Part shown: piece by piece, positions 44,630 through 61,101 of the stretch | Layout of the letters: each line of letters begins with the position of its first letter | Position numbering within the stretch: the stretch's first letter is position 1 | Source of the DNA: the human T2T-CHM13v2.0 reference genome, Homo sapiens | Assembly (NCBI RefSeq): GCF_009914755.1 | Contig: NC_060932.1 | DNA: 64,000 nt | Direction: 5' to 3' (one strand) | The notes under the pieces: generated by a model | The model's database searches: none | What the model was told of the DNA's origin: nothing | The model's input: the letters and a program-made list of their open reading frames with translations, nothing else | Program-made: the position numbers and the translations under genes

Positions 44630-45068
44630 TTAGAGGGTTGCGGTTGATTAAGGTACATTAATGGATCCATGTCCTCCCTGTATCCAAGACTCTGCCATTT
44701 GTCTCTGCAGTTCCTCCCACTGAAGAATCGGAGTATATTTCTCCAGCCCCTAATGTTGGGTTTAGTCATGTGTCTAGCTTTGGCCACTGGAATATTAACC
44801 TGCATGACCAAAAACTTGGAAAGTGTGCATTCATTTGTGCTCGCTCACTCCTGCTATCACCATGAGAACAAGCCCAGGCCAGACTGCTGCTTCCAGCAGA
44901 AGATAAGAGACACCAAGAGCGAAGTCGAGCTTCTGAGACATGCTCATGCCAGATTAACCAATCCTCAGCTGATCCATAGGTCCATGAAAATAAATGATTG
45001 TTGTATTATGCCACTGAGATTTGGAGTGACTTGTTATGCAGCATTTTGTGACAACAACTAACTGATAC
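44630..45068 (+). mobile_element. MLT1-type LTR (paralogue of 14508-14950)
   Basis: Reverse complement of the left-arm copy. Confidence 0.7.
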
Positions 45069-45244
45069 AAGGGTCACCGTCCTTTATCGCTGTAGATTTT
45101 AACCAATTTTTAATAGCTAGATGGAGATCTTCTAGTTGCCTTTATTTATAATGAATATGACTGTAGAGCTAGTTTGGCCTGATACTACCAGTAACCTACC
45201 CAGAAATTCAGAAATACTTTCTTCTCCAACCCACCCCAACCAAC

Positions 45245-45544
45245 CTTTTTTTTATTTTGTTTTGTTTTTGGGTTCTCCATCTTTGCCTAGGCTAGAGTAC
45301 AAGTGGTACAGTCAGAGATCACTGTAACCTCAAAATCCTGAGCTCAAGTGATCTTCCCCTTCAGCCTCCTATGTAGCTAAGACTACAGACATGTGCCACC
45401 GTGCCTGGCTAATTTTTTTATTCTTTGCAGAGACAGGGTCTCACTATATTGCCCAAGTTGGTTTCAAGCTCCTGGCCTCAAGCACTCCTCTTGCCTCACC
45501 CTCCCAAAGTGCTACGATTATAGACATGAGCCACCACACCAGCC
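45245..45544 (-). mobile_element. Alu (AluJ-type)
   Basis: Paralogue of 14035-14330. Confidence 0.9.
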
Positions 45545-46675
45545 TCTTCTTCTTTTTAAATAGAAACCCTATTTTATTCTGACAGTAGGTTGCTTTTTTT
45601 TTTTTAAGAAAAATTTGGCCCAGCCCCAGGGAATAAATTGTGACTGGTCTAAACAGGGTTGGCAAACTATAGACCAAGGGCCAAATCTGGCCCTCTGACT
45701 GTTGGTATAAATTAAGTTTTATTGGAATAAAACCAGGTCCATTCATTTATGCATTTTTTACATATGCTTTTAGGCTACAATGGCACCACTGGGTCACTGC
45801 AACAGAGGTTATCTAGACCAAAAGCCTAAAATATTACTGTTTGCCTCTTTATGGAAAAAGTTTGCCATTCCCTAGTCTAAGGTTTAGATTCTGAGCTTAT
45901 CATTTTAGCCTATCCCCCCTTACCAGTGACTGGCTCAAAACAAGTCTGTGATTCCATTCTGAATGTTCTACTGAGGGAATTCTCCCTTCTTCTCATGCAG
46001 AGTTGATGAGGACAAGTTGTATTAATAGGACATATGCTCAGGTTTTCTGAAAAATACTTTTATCTAGAAATGCATAGGAATATGCTGGTGCCTGAATGTA
46101 CCATCCGGGGGCCTGGAGATTGACTCACCTGCCTCCAGAGCTAGTGCTCACCCTTACTACTGAGAGGCCTGAGGAAACACCTGCCTACCCACCACCAGAA
46201 CCTGCACAGATCACCTGGAGAACTAGAGATCAGACTGCCACACACACCACCCAGGAGCCCAGTGGTGCACCTGCCCAACTGGCCCAGTGCTGCCACTGCC
46301 AGCAACCAAAGAAGCCACCTGGAGGCCCAGGGATTGGCCCATGCAGACAGGCTATCATCAGTGCCCATGTATACTGCCTGTGGTCCCTAGTATTGACAAA
46401 CCTGGTCCACCACCACTACCACTGAGGCTGAAGGACAAGACTTCCTGGCATCCCCATCCTCAGCAAAGCCTCACCACAGCTTCCAATAACAACTGCATTC
46501 TGGCCAGGTGTGGTGGCTCACGCCTGTAATCCCAGCACTTTGAGAGGCCGAGGTGGGTAGATCACGAGGTCAAGAGTTTGAGACTAGCCTGGCCAACATG
46601 GTGACACCCCGTCTCTACTAAAAGTACAAAAATTAGCTGGGCATGGTTGCACGTGCCTGTACTCCCAGCTACTCA

Positions 46676-46897
<222 letters not shown>

Positions 46898-48253
46898 TTA
46901 TACCACTGTACCCACCCAGAATCAAAGCCAAACTGTGATATCCAATGAACATTGTAGATATAGCTATAAGAAAAGGTCTTTCCCATATAAAAGCCAATCC
47001 ATAAAATTGGAAGCAGTGACTGTTATGTCAGAGGCACAGATAGTCACATAAGGATGCAAGAAATATGAAAAAGGAAACATAACATCTCCAAAGAAGCACA
47101 ATAATTCTCCAGCAACAGATTCCAATGAAAAGAAAATCTATGAAATGCCTGAAAAAAATTCAGAATAATGTTATTGAAGAAACTCAGGGAGATACAAGAG
47201 AACACAGATAATGAATACAAAAAAATCAGGAAAACAATTCATGATCTGAATGAGAAATTCAACAGAGATAGACAGCGTAACACAGAAACAAACACAAATC
47301 CTGGAAGAGAATAAATCATTGAAAGAAATACAAAAGATAATTGACAGCTTTAACAATAGACTAGATCAAGCAAAACAAAGAATTTCTGAACCTGAAGACT
47401 AGTCTTTTAAAATAATCCAGTCAGACAAAAAGAAAGAAAAAAGAATGAAGCAAAGCTACATGACATATGGGACACCTATGTGACCAAAAACTGAAATTCT
47501 GGGAGTTCTGGATGGAGATGAGATGGGTAAAGGCATAGCAAACCTATTTAATAAAATAATAACTGAAAACTTCCTGAAAGCTTCAAATACAGGAAGCTGA
47601 AAGATTACCAAATAAATACAACTCAAAAAGGTCTTCTCCAAGACACATTATGGTAAAATTGTCAAAAGACAAAGAGAAAATGCTAAAAACAGCAAGAGAA
47701 AAGCAACAAGTCACTTATAAGAGAATCCCCATCAGGCTAACGAGATTTCTCAGCAGAAACCTTACAGGCTAGGAGAAAAGGGGATGTATACTACAAGTTA
47801 AAAAAAAAAAGTAAGCCAAAAATACTATACCCAGCAAAGCTATCCTTCACAAATGAAGGAGCCTGGCACAGTGGCTCACATCTGTAATTTCAGAGACTCA
47901 TAAGGCTGAGGCAGGAGGATCATTTGAGCCCAAGAGTTCAAGGCTGCAGTGAGCTATGATCATGCCACTGTACTCCAGCCTGGGTGACAGAGTGAGACTC
48001 CATTGCTAAAAATAAATAAACAAATAAATAAAAGAGAAAAAAGTATTTCTCAGATAAGTAAAAGACTGTTTGTTTGGGTATTGTTTGTTGTGGTCATACA
48101 AGAAATGCTTAAGGGAGTCCTACATTGGGAAGAAAAAGAACAATATCTACCATCATGAAAACACATGAAAGTATAAAACTCACTGGTAGAGCAGACACAC
48201 AAAGAAGAAAGGATTCAAACATCACCACTAAGGAGAGAAAATAGGAATAAAGG

Positions 48254-50538
48254 TGTATTAGTCTGTTTCCACACTGCTGATAAAGACATACCTGACTGAG
48301 ACTGGGCAATTTACAAAAGAAAGAGGTTTAATGGACTTACACTTCCACATAGCTGAGGAAACCTCACAATCACGTTGGAAGGCAAGAAGAAGCAAGTCAT
48401 GTCTCACATGGATGGTAACAGGCAAAGAGAGAGCTTCTGCAGGGAAACTGCCCTTTTTAAAACAATCAGAACTTGTGAGACGTATTCACTATCATGAGAA
48501 CAGCATGGGAAAGACCTGCCCCCATGACTAAATTGCTTCCCAACAGGTCCCTCCCACAACATGTGGGAATTCAAGATGAGATTTTGGTGGGGACAAAACC
48601 AAACCATATCATTCTGTCCCTGGCCCTTCCCAAGTCTCATATCCTCATATTTCAAAACCAATCATGCCTTCCCAACAGTCCCCCAAACTCTTAACTAAGT
48701 TCAGCATTAACTCAAAAGTCCACTGTCCAAAGTCTCATGTGAGACAAGCCAAATCCCTTCCACCTATGAGCACATAAAATCAAAAACAAGTTAGTTACTT
48801 CCTAGATACAATGGGGGTATAGGCATTGGGTAAACACAGTCATTCCTAATGGGAGAAAATTGCCAAAACAAAGGGGCTACAGGCGCCATGCAAGCCCAAA
48901 ATCCAGTGGGGCAGTCAAATCTCAAAGCTCCAAAATGATCTCCTTTGACTCCATGTCTCACATGCAGGTCATGCTGATGTAAGAAGTGGGCTCCCATGAC
49001 CTTGGGAGAAAAAAGGCCACAGCTCCACTCCTGTGGCTTTGTAGGGTATAAACCCCCTCCTAGCTCCTTCCATGGGTTGGCATTGAGTGTCTGCCGCTTT
49101 TCCAGGCACACAGTGCAAGCTGTCAGTGAATCCACTATTCTGGGGTCTGGAGGATGGTGGCCCTCTTCTCACAGCTCCACTAGGTGGCGCAGCAGTAGGG
49201 ACTGTATGTGGGGGCTCCGACCCCACATTTCCCTTCCGCACTGCCCCAGTAGAGGTTCTCCATGAGTGCCCTGCCCCTGCAGCAAACTCCTGCCTGGACG
49301 TCTAGGCATTTCCATACATCTTCTGATATCTAGGCAGTGGTTCCCAAACCTCAATTTTTGACTTCTGTGCACCCATAGGCTCAACACTATGTGGAAGCTG
49401 CTAAGGCTTGGGACTTGCACCCTCTGAAGCCACAGCCCACATTGTACCTAGGCACCTTTTAGCTGCAGCTGGAGTGGCTAGGACTCAGGCACCCTAGGCT
49501 GCTCACAGCAGGGGGGCCCTGGGTCCAGCACACAAAACCATCTTTTCTTCCCAGGCCTCTGGGCCTTTGATGGGAGGGGCTGCCATGAAGATCTGTGACA
49601 TGCCCTGAAGACATTTTCCCCATTGTCTTGGGGATCCACATTTGACTCCTTGTTACCTAAACAAACTTCTGCAGCCAGATCGAATTTTTCTTGAGAAAAT
49701 GGGATTTTCTTTTCTATTGCATGTTCAGGCTGCAAATTTTCCAAACTTTCATGCTCTGCTTCCCTTATAAAACTGAGGGCCTTTAACACACCTAAGTCAT
49801 CTCTTGAATGCTTTGCTGCTTAGAAATTTCTTCTACCAGACACCCTAAATCATCTCTCTCAAGTTCAAAGTTCCACAAATCTCTACAGCAGGGGCAAAAA
49901 GCCACCAGTCTCTTTGCTAAAACATAACAGGAGTCACCTTTGTGCCAGTTCCTGACAAGTTCCTCATTTCCGTCTGTGACAACCTAAGCCTAGACTTTAT
50001 TGTCCATATAACCATCAGCATTTTGGGCAAGTCTCTAGGAAATCTCTTCCAAATTTTCCCACATTTTCCTGTCTCCTTCTGAGCCCTCCAAACTGTTCCA
50101 ACCTCTGCCTGTTTCCCAGTTCCAAAGTCACTTCCACATATTCAGGTATCTTTTAGCCACACCCCACTTCTGGTACTAATTTACTGTATTAGTCCATTTT
50201 CACACAGCTGATAAAGACACATTCAAGACTGGGAAATTTACAAAAGAAAGAGGTTTAATGGACTTACAATTCTACATTGCTGGGGAGGCTTCGAAATCAT
50301 TGCAGAAGTCAAGGAGAGGAAAGTCACATCTTACAGGGATGGCAGCAGGCAAAGAGAGAGATTGAGCAGGGAAACTACTCCTTTTAAAACCATCAGATCT
50401 CAAGAGACTTATTCACTATCAAAAGAATAGCATGGGAAATACCTGCCTCCATGATTCAACTACTTCCCACTGGATCCCTCCCACAACACATGGGAATTCA
50501 AGATGAGATCTGAGTGGGGACACAGCCAAACCATATCA
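48254..50538 (-). mobile_element. Full-length THE1 (THE1B-like) element
   Basis: LTR-internal-LTR with AAAGG target-site duplication (48249-48253 and 50539-50543). Same insertion as 9056-11318. Confidence 0.95.
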
Positions 50539-52695
50539 AAAGGATATACAAAATAACCAGAAAACAATGAACAAAATGACAGGAATAAGTCCTCACCTAT
50601 CAATAATAACTTCAAATATGTGTTAAGTTAACTACCTAAAAGATAGAGGCAGGCTTAATGGACAAAAAATGACCCAACAACGTCTACAAGAAACTCATTT
50701 CACTTGTAAAGACACACACAGACTGAAAGTGAAGGGATTGAAAAAGATATACCACATAAACAGAAATCAAAAGTAACCAGGAGTAGCTAAACTTACATCA
50801 GATAAAACAGACTTTAAGTCAAAAACTGTAAAAAGGACAAAGAAGGTCATTATATGGTAATAAAGGGATCCATTCAGCAAGAAAGTATAATAATTCTAAA
50901 TATGCATGCAACCAACAAAAGCACATCCAGACACACATAGCAAATATTATTAAATCTACAGGGAGAGATAGAATCCAATACAATGATAGTTGAGAACTTC
51001 AATATCCTACTCTCAGCATTGGACAGTTCATCTAGACATAAAATCAACAAAGAAACATTAGATTTAAGCTGCACTTTAGACCAAATGGACCTAACAGATA
51101 TTTTCAGAATATTTCATCCAGCAGCAGCAGAATATACAATCATCTCATCAACACATGGAACATTCTCCAGGATAGACCATATGTTAGGACACAAAACAAG
51201 GCTCAACAAAATTTTAAAAATTAAAATCATATCAAGTATCTTCTCAGACCACAATGGAATAAAACTTGAAATCAATAAGAAGAAGAAATTTGGAAACTGT
51301 ACAAATACATGGACATTAAACATGCTATCGAATGGTCATTGGAGCAATGAAGAAACTAAGATGGACATCAAATTTTTTTTTTTAAACAGAAAATAGAAAC
51401 ACATCATGCAAAACCTATGGGATACAGCAAAAGCACTACTAGGAGGCAAGTTCATAGCAATAAATGCCTACACCAAAAAAGTAGAAAGATTTCAAATAAA
51501 CAACCTAACGATGAACCTCAAGGAACTCAAAAAGCAAGAACAAACCAAACACACAATTAGTAGAAAGAAAAGATAATAAATTACATAGCAGAACCAAATG
51601 CAACGGAGACAAAAAAGAAATGCAAAGAATCAACAAGATAAAAGTTGGTTTTTTGAAAAGTTAAACAAAATTGATAAACCACTAGTGAGGCTAACAAAAA
51701 AAAAAAAAAAAAAAAAGAGAGAGACCCAAGTAAATACAATCAGAAATGAAAAAGGAGACATTACATCTGTTACCAAAGAAATAAAAAGGATCATTAGAGG
51801 CTATTAGGAACAACCATATGCTAACAGATTGGAAAACCTAGAGGAAAGGGATAAATTCCCAGAAATACACAGCCTACCAAGATTGAACTAGGAAGAAACA
51901 GAAAACCTGAACTGAGCCAAAATGAATAGCAGGTTTGAATCAGTAACAAAAAGTCTCCCCAAAGAGAAAAGCCCTAGACTAGGCTTTTATGCTGATTTCT
52001 ACCCAATTTATAAAGAAAAACAACACCAATTCTTCTCAAACTATTCTCAAAAATTGAAGAGGAGGGAATTCTTCCTAACTCATTGTATAAGGCCAGCATT
52101 ACCCTGATATCCAATCAAGACAAGGACACAACAAAAAGAGAAAACTACAGGCCAATATTCCTAATGAACACAGATGCAAAAATTCTCAGCATAATACTAC
52201 CAAGCCAAATCTGATGATGAATGAAAAAGATAATATACCATGATCAAGTGGGATTTATCCCAGGAATGCAAAGATGGCTCAACATCCAGAAATTAGTGCA
52301 TGTGATACATCACATCAACAAGATGAAAGGCAAAAACTATCTGATCATCTCAGCAGATGCAGAAAAATCACTCAGTAAAACTTACCATTCCTTCATGATG
52401 AAAACTCTCAACAAGTTATGCATAGAAGGAACATTTCAACATAAGAAAAGCATATATGACTAATCTACAGCTAACATCCTACTCACTGGGAAAAATTGAA
52501 AAGCCTTTCCTCTAAGAACTGGAATAAGACAAGGATGCCCACTTTCACCACTCTTATTCAACACAGTATGGGACATCCAAGCCAAAGTGATCAGACAAGA
52601 TAAAGAAATAAAAGGCATCCAAAATGGACAAGAGGAAGTCAAATTGTCTCACTTTGCAGATGACATAATCTTATACTTGTAAACAGAAAAACCTA

Positions 52696-53004
<309 letters not shown>

Positions 53005-53706
53005 CTATCTCAAAAAATAAAAAATAAAAAATAAAAAAAATTTAAAAAGCAGATGTATAATTCAGTAAAGCTTCAGGTCACAAAATCAACCTAGAAAAAT
53101 CAGTAATGTTTCTATATACCAGTAAGAAACTAGCTAAAATAGAAATCAAAGAAGAAATTCTATTTACAATAGCTACAAAAATAAAATACCTAGGAATAAA
53201 CTTAACCAAGGAGGGGGAAAATAAACCAAAAAACCTCTGCAGTGAAAACCACAAAACATTGATAAAATAAATTGAGAAGGACAGGAACATATGGAAAGGC
53301 ATCTCATACTCGTGGGTTGGAATAACTAATACTGTTAAAATGACCATGCTACTCGAAGCAGTTTAGAGATTTAGTATAATCCCTATCAATTATATTATTC
53401 ACAGAAACAGGAAAAAAAAAAGCCCTGAAATTCATATGGAACCACAGAAGACCCGAAATAGCCAAAGCAATACTGAGCAAAAAGAACAAAGCTAGAAGCC
53501 TCACACTACCTGATTTAAAAATATACTGCAAAGCGGCCGGGCGCGGTGGCTCATGCCTGTAATCCCAGCACTTTGGGAGGCTGAAGCGGGTGGATCACAA
53601 GGTCAGGAGATCGAGAACATCCTGGCTAACATGGTGAAACCCTGTCTCTACTAAAAAAAAAAAAAAAAAAAAAAAAAATTACCAGGTGTGGTGATGGGTG
53701 CCTTTA

Positions 53707-53937
<231 letters not shown>

Positions 53938-55406
53938 CTAAGGAATTCAGAAATGAATCCACATATTTACAGCTAACTGATTTTCAAGAAAGCTGTCAAG
54001 AACATACATTGAATAAAGGATACCCTCTTCATTAAATGGTGCCAGGAAAACTAGATATCCAAACACAGAAGAATAAAACTAGACCCTTATCTCTCATCAC
54101 TTACAAAAATAAACTCAAAATCAATTAAAGACTTAAATGTAACAGCCACAACTATAAAACTACTGGAAGTAAACACAGGAGAAAAGCTTGAGAACAAAGA
54201 TTGTATGGCTAACACTTAAAAAGTACAAGCAACAAAAACAGACAAATGGGATTATATTAAACTAAATACCTTCTGCATATCAAAGAAAACAATCAACAGA
54301 GTGAAAAGACAACACCCCTCCCTTACACCATACACAAAAATTAACTCAAGATGGCTTAAAGACTTAAATTTAAAACCCATAACTATAAAAACGCTGGAAG
54401 ACAACCTAGGCAATACCCTCCAGTACATAGTGATGGGCAAAGAGTTCATGGTAAAGATGCCAAACGCAATTGCCACAAAAGCAAAAATTGACAAATGGGA
54501 TCTAATTAAATGAAAGAGCTTCTGCACAGCAAAAGAAACTATCAAAAAACAAACAGATATTTCTCAAAAGAAGATATACAAATCACCAAGTTTATGAAAA
54601 AATATTCAACATCACTAATCATCACGGAAATGCAAATCAAAACCACAATAAGATATCATCTCATACTTGTTAGAATGGCTATTATTAAAAAGACAAAGCA
54701 CAACAAATGCTGGCAAGCATGTGAAGAAAAGAAAATTATTGTATATTGTTGGTGGGAATGTAAATTAGTACAGTCATTATGAAAAAAAGCACAGAGATTT
54801 CTCAAAAAAACTAAGAACAAATCTACCACGTGATCCAGCAATCCCACTCCTGGGTATACATCCAAAAAAAGGATATCAGTGTATCAACGGGATATCTGTA
54901 CCTCCATATTTACTGCAGCACTATTTACAATAGCCAAGATAAGGAATCAATCTGAGTGTCAATCAATGGATGAATGGATAAAGAAAATGGGAATATACGC
55001 ATAACAGAATAGTATTCAGCCTTAAAAAAGAATGAAATCCTGCCATTTTCAGCTAAATGGATGAAATTAAACGTCATAATGTTAGGTGAACTAGGCCATT
55101 CACAGAAAGAAAACTATTGCATGTTTTCACTTATGTGAGCGGTTTATGTTCCTGGAAATCAAAGTGGGGGCCACGTTTCAGGTCAGTAGGGTCAGGGATA
55201 GAGACCACAGTTATGGACTTGTGTGCCCTGGAGCTATATAAAATTGATATCATAGAGATAAAGAGTAGAATGATAGTTAATAGAGGCTGGGAAGAGGAGG
55301 GGTTTGAAAAGAGGTTGATTAATGAATATAAAAATATATAATAGAAGGAATAAGGTCTAGTGTTCATTATCACAGAAAGTGACTACAACAATTTGTTGTG
55401 TATTTC

Positions 55407-57524
<2,118 letters not shown>

Positions 57525-58111
57525 ATAAATAGAATTATTATGTACTTCTAAATAACAATAAGATTTGAAATATTCCCAACACAAAGAAATGATCAATGTT
57601 TGAGGTGGTTAATATCCCAAAGACCCTGATTTGATCATTACACATTGCACGCAGGTACCAGAATCTCACATGGACCCCATAAATGTGTACAATTATTCTC
57701 TATCGAAAACATTTTTTTTTAAAGAAACATGCAGGAATACACTGTACCTCTTCCTTGCTGTCTCTGGATATTGTCACATGAGGACTTGACATGCGGATTG
57801 TGGCAGCCTCTGTGACCAAGAGCAGAAGACAATAGCAGCATAGAAACCTCAAATGAAAAACCTAAAATCTCAAGCTACTAATTTAGCCAACCTTGGCATC
57901 AGCTATCTCTGATCTTAGTACATGAGATGATAAGCCCCCACTGTTCAAGTTGGGTGGCCATCAATTGCTGCAGAATAGAATTTAATGAGGCTTCCTCCTC
58001 CTGGATCCTCTACTAGACCCTGACATGCCCATTCAGTCACAGGCAGAAAGGGAAGCTCAGGGTAAGGAGACCTGGCTGACTGTGCCAGAAGGAGATCTTA
58101 CCTGTCCTGCT

Positions 58112-58998
58112 TAGAACACTCAAAACTCAATTGGTTAAACAAAAAAAGGAAAAAGACAGTAAGGAGTATAGCACTCCCCAGATGCAACTTAATGAAACAC
58201 TCTATACTTTAGATTTTCTAGACATACATAGAAATCAGACCACTACTTCTGCAGAACATTTTACTGGTAAAAAGAATAGCCCACATGAGGGAAAACTGAT
58301 TTGGTGGAAAGACAACAAAAACAAAACATGGGAAATAGGTAAGGTGATAACATGGTGGGAGGTTTTGCTTGTGTTTCACCAGGAGAAAATCAGCTTCCTG
58401 TTTGGATACCCACTAGACATTTGAAGTTCCACAGTGAACCCATCAGAGATGCAAATGAAAGTGCCTCTGCAGAGACAGAAAACCCGCAATCGAGCATCAT
58501 CGACTCGCAGGGTGAACAAAATGTGATATCAGAAGAACAAATGAAGTTACAATCCACCAAGGAAATGGCACATGTGGAGAGCCAGGGAGAGGAAGAGAAA
58601 GAAAAAGAGACAGAGATCAGAGAAAGACACAGAAAGAGATTGGGGAGAGAAATAGTGTAAAAGAGAGAGAGAGAGACCGTAAGAGAAGGGAGACAAAGAG
58701 ATAAAAGGTGCGAGTGAGCAGGTGAGGAGAAAGACTGAAAACTATGAGAAACAGCAACTAAGACACAAAGGAGGTGGGAGACTGCGTTGGTGCCGCAGCA
58801 GCCACACCGTCCTCTTGCCCCCGTCACTTGGGTTAAAACCACCGGAAATTCCACTATTGCAAATTTTTTATTAATCCTTGTATGTCTGTCCTTTCTATTT
58901 TTAGTCTACAGGTGTATCCAGCAGCTCCAGAGAGACAGCGACCAGCGAGAAGGGGCCATGATGATGGTGGTGGTTTTGTCAAAATGAAAAGGGGGATA
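58112..58998 (+). mobile_element. HERV-K(HML-2) internal remnant (integrase C-terminus, env/rec start, ~250-bp filler, env end, PPT)
   Basis: [25 protein letters not shown]; [12 protein letters not shown]; [32 protein letters not shown]; PPT AAAAGGGGG before the LTR. Confidence 0.92.
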
Positions 58999-60025
58999 TG
59001 TAGGGAAAAGAAAGAGAGATCAGACTGTTACTGTGTCTACATAGAAAGGGAAGCCATAAGAGACTCCATTTTGAAAAAGACCTGTACTTTAAACAATTGC
59101 TTGCTGAGATGTTGTTTATCTGTAGCTTTGCCCCAGCCACTTTGCCGCAACCACTTTGACCCAATCTGGAGCTCACAAAAACATGTTTGTATGAAATCAA
59201 GGTTTAAGGCATGTAGGGCTGTGCAGGACGTGCCTTGTTAACCAAATATTTGGAAGCAGTATACTTGGTAAAAGTCATCACCATTCTCTCGTCTCAATAA
59301 ACCAGGGGCACAATGCACTGTGGAAAGCCGCAGGGACCTCTGCCCTTGAAAGCTGGGTATTGTCCATGGTTTCTTCCCATGTGATAGTCTGAAATATGGC
59401 CTCATGGGATGAGAAAGACCTGACGGTCCCCCAGCTCGACACCCATAAAGTGTCTGTGCTGAGGTGGATTAGTCAAAGAGGAAAGCCTCTTGCAGTTGAG
59501 ATAGAGGAAGGCCGCTGTCTCATGCTTGCCCCCTGGGAACTGAATGTCTCGGTATAAAACACGATTGTACATTTGTTCAATTCTGAGATGGGAGAAAAAC
59601 CACCCTATGGTGGGAGGCGAGACATGTTTACAGCAATGCTGCCTTGTTATTCTTTACTCCACTGAGATGTGTGGGTGCAGAGAAACATAAATCTGGCTTA
59701 CATGCACGTCCAGTCATAGTACCTTCCCTTGAACTTCATTATGACATAGATTCTATTGCTCACATGTTTGTTGCTGACCTTCTCCTTATTATCACCTTGC
59801 CCTCCTACTACATTCATTTTTGCTGAAATAATGAAGATAATAATCAATAAAAACTGAGGGAACTCAGAGAACGGTGCCAGTGCAGGTCCTTGGTATGCTA
59901 AGCGCCGGTCCCCTGGGCCCACTGTTGTTTCTCTATACTTTGTCTCTGTGTCTGATTTCTTTTCTGTCTCTCATCCCACCCGACAAGAAATACCCACAGG
60001 TGTGGAGGGGCAGGCCACCCCTTCA
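58999..60025 (+). mobile_element. Complete HML-2 3' LTR (LTR5A-like, 1027 bp)
   Basis: TGTAGGGAAAAGAAAG..GGCCACCCCTTCA. TATAAAA at ~59553, AATAAA at ~59846. Confidence 0.95.
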
Positions 60026-61068
60026 TTATGAGATTACAGGCATGAATAACCCCACCTGGCCACCTAACTCACTCTTGAGAGGCCAGAAGTGATGCTGGAA
60101 CTTTCTTCGTCTGTGGGTTAAAAAGGGAAAATTAGGGAGAACACAAGGCATGAGAGATGCAGCGATGGATATGTCTATATGGAGCTTCTGTCTGCATCCA
60201 GTAGAAAATGCATTTCTAGGCACCAGGTTTAAGAGCGAAAACCTGGAGTCTTGTCTGTTAGCATTCTCCTTCCTCACAAACCAGAGAGGGAATACATTTG
60301 CTCCAGCACACCCGGATGTAGAAAATGTCACATTCCTATTTCTGTAACTTCAGTTAAATCTGCTCTGAGTCCCTGGATGCCTGGCAGGTGGAGAATTCAA
60401 TCTTGTCGTTACCAGCATTCCTTTCCCTTCTCCATGGGCTTATGTAAGAATTCTGGGCTTACACACTGTTGGAAAGCCAGGTAGGAACTACATCCCCTGA
60501 ACTCTCCATTCTTCCAGCTGCTCATGATCCATCAACATTCTTTGGGCCACCTGCTATAGCAAGACCCTACTCACAGCATCATTCCACTGACCCACAGGCT
60601 CAGCCCCAGGGACCCTCACTAGAACAGGTCTCCACTATGCATAGGAACTCACAAAAACCTTCTCTTCATCTTGGCTTCCTCTGATATCCAGCCACTCCCC
60701 CACTTCTCACCTTAAACACAGATGGCAGCTCCTTCCCATCCTTCCAAACCTGGGGGATTGTCCAGCCAAATTCTCTTCAGACACCAAAGCTTCACCCGCC
60801 CTCTTTAGGGAGGTGATGCAAGGGCATCTGAGATCTTTGGAAGCCCAATTCTGGCCTCTCTTTGGGGTGGGCTGAGAGTGGGAAGTAGACTCTCTTTTCC
60901 AAATGCCATGTGTATCTTGTTCATCATTATATTATCTCCAATGCCTGACACATAGTAGGCACTACAGACTGGCACATAGTAGGTGCTATTAGTGTCTGTA
61001 TAATGGGACTCTTGAGGTTGAAGCTATTAGCAGGAACCTGCCAAGCAAAAGGATGGAAAACCAACCAC

Positions 61069-61101
<33 letters not shown>

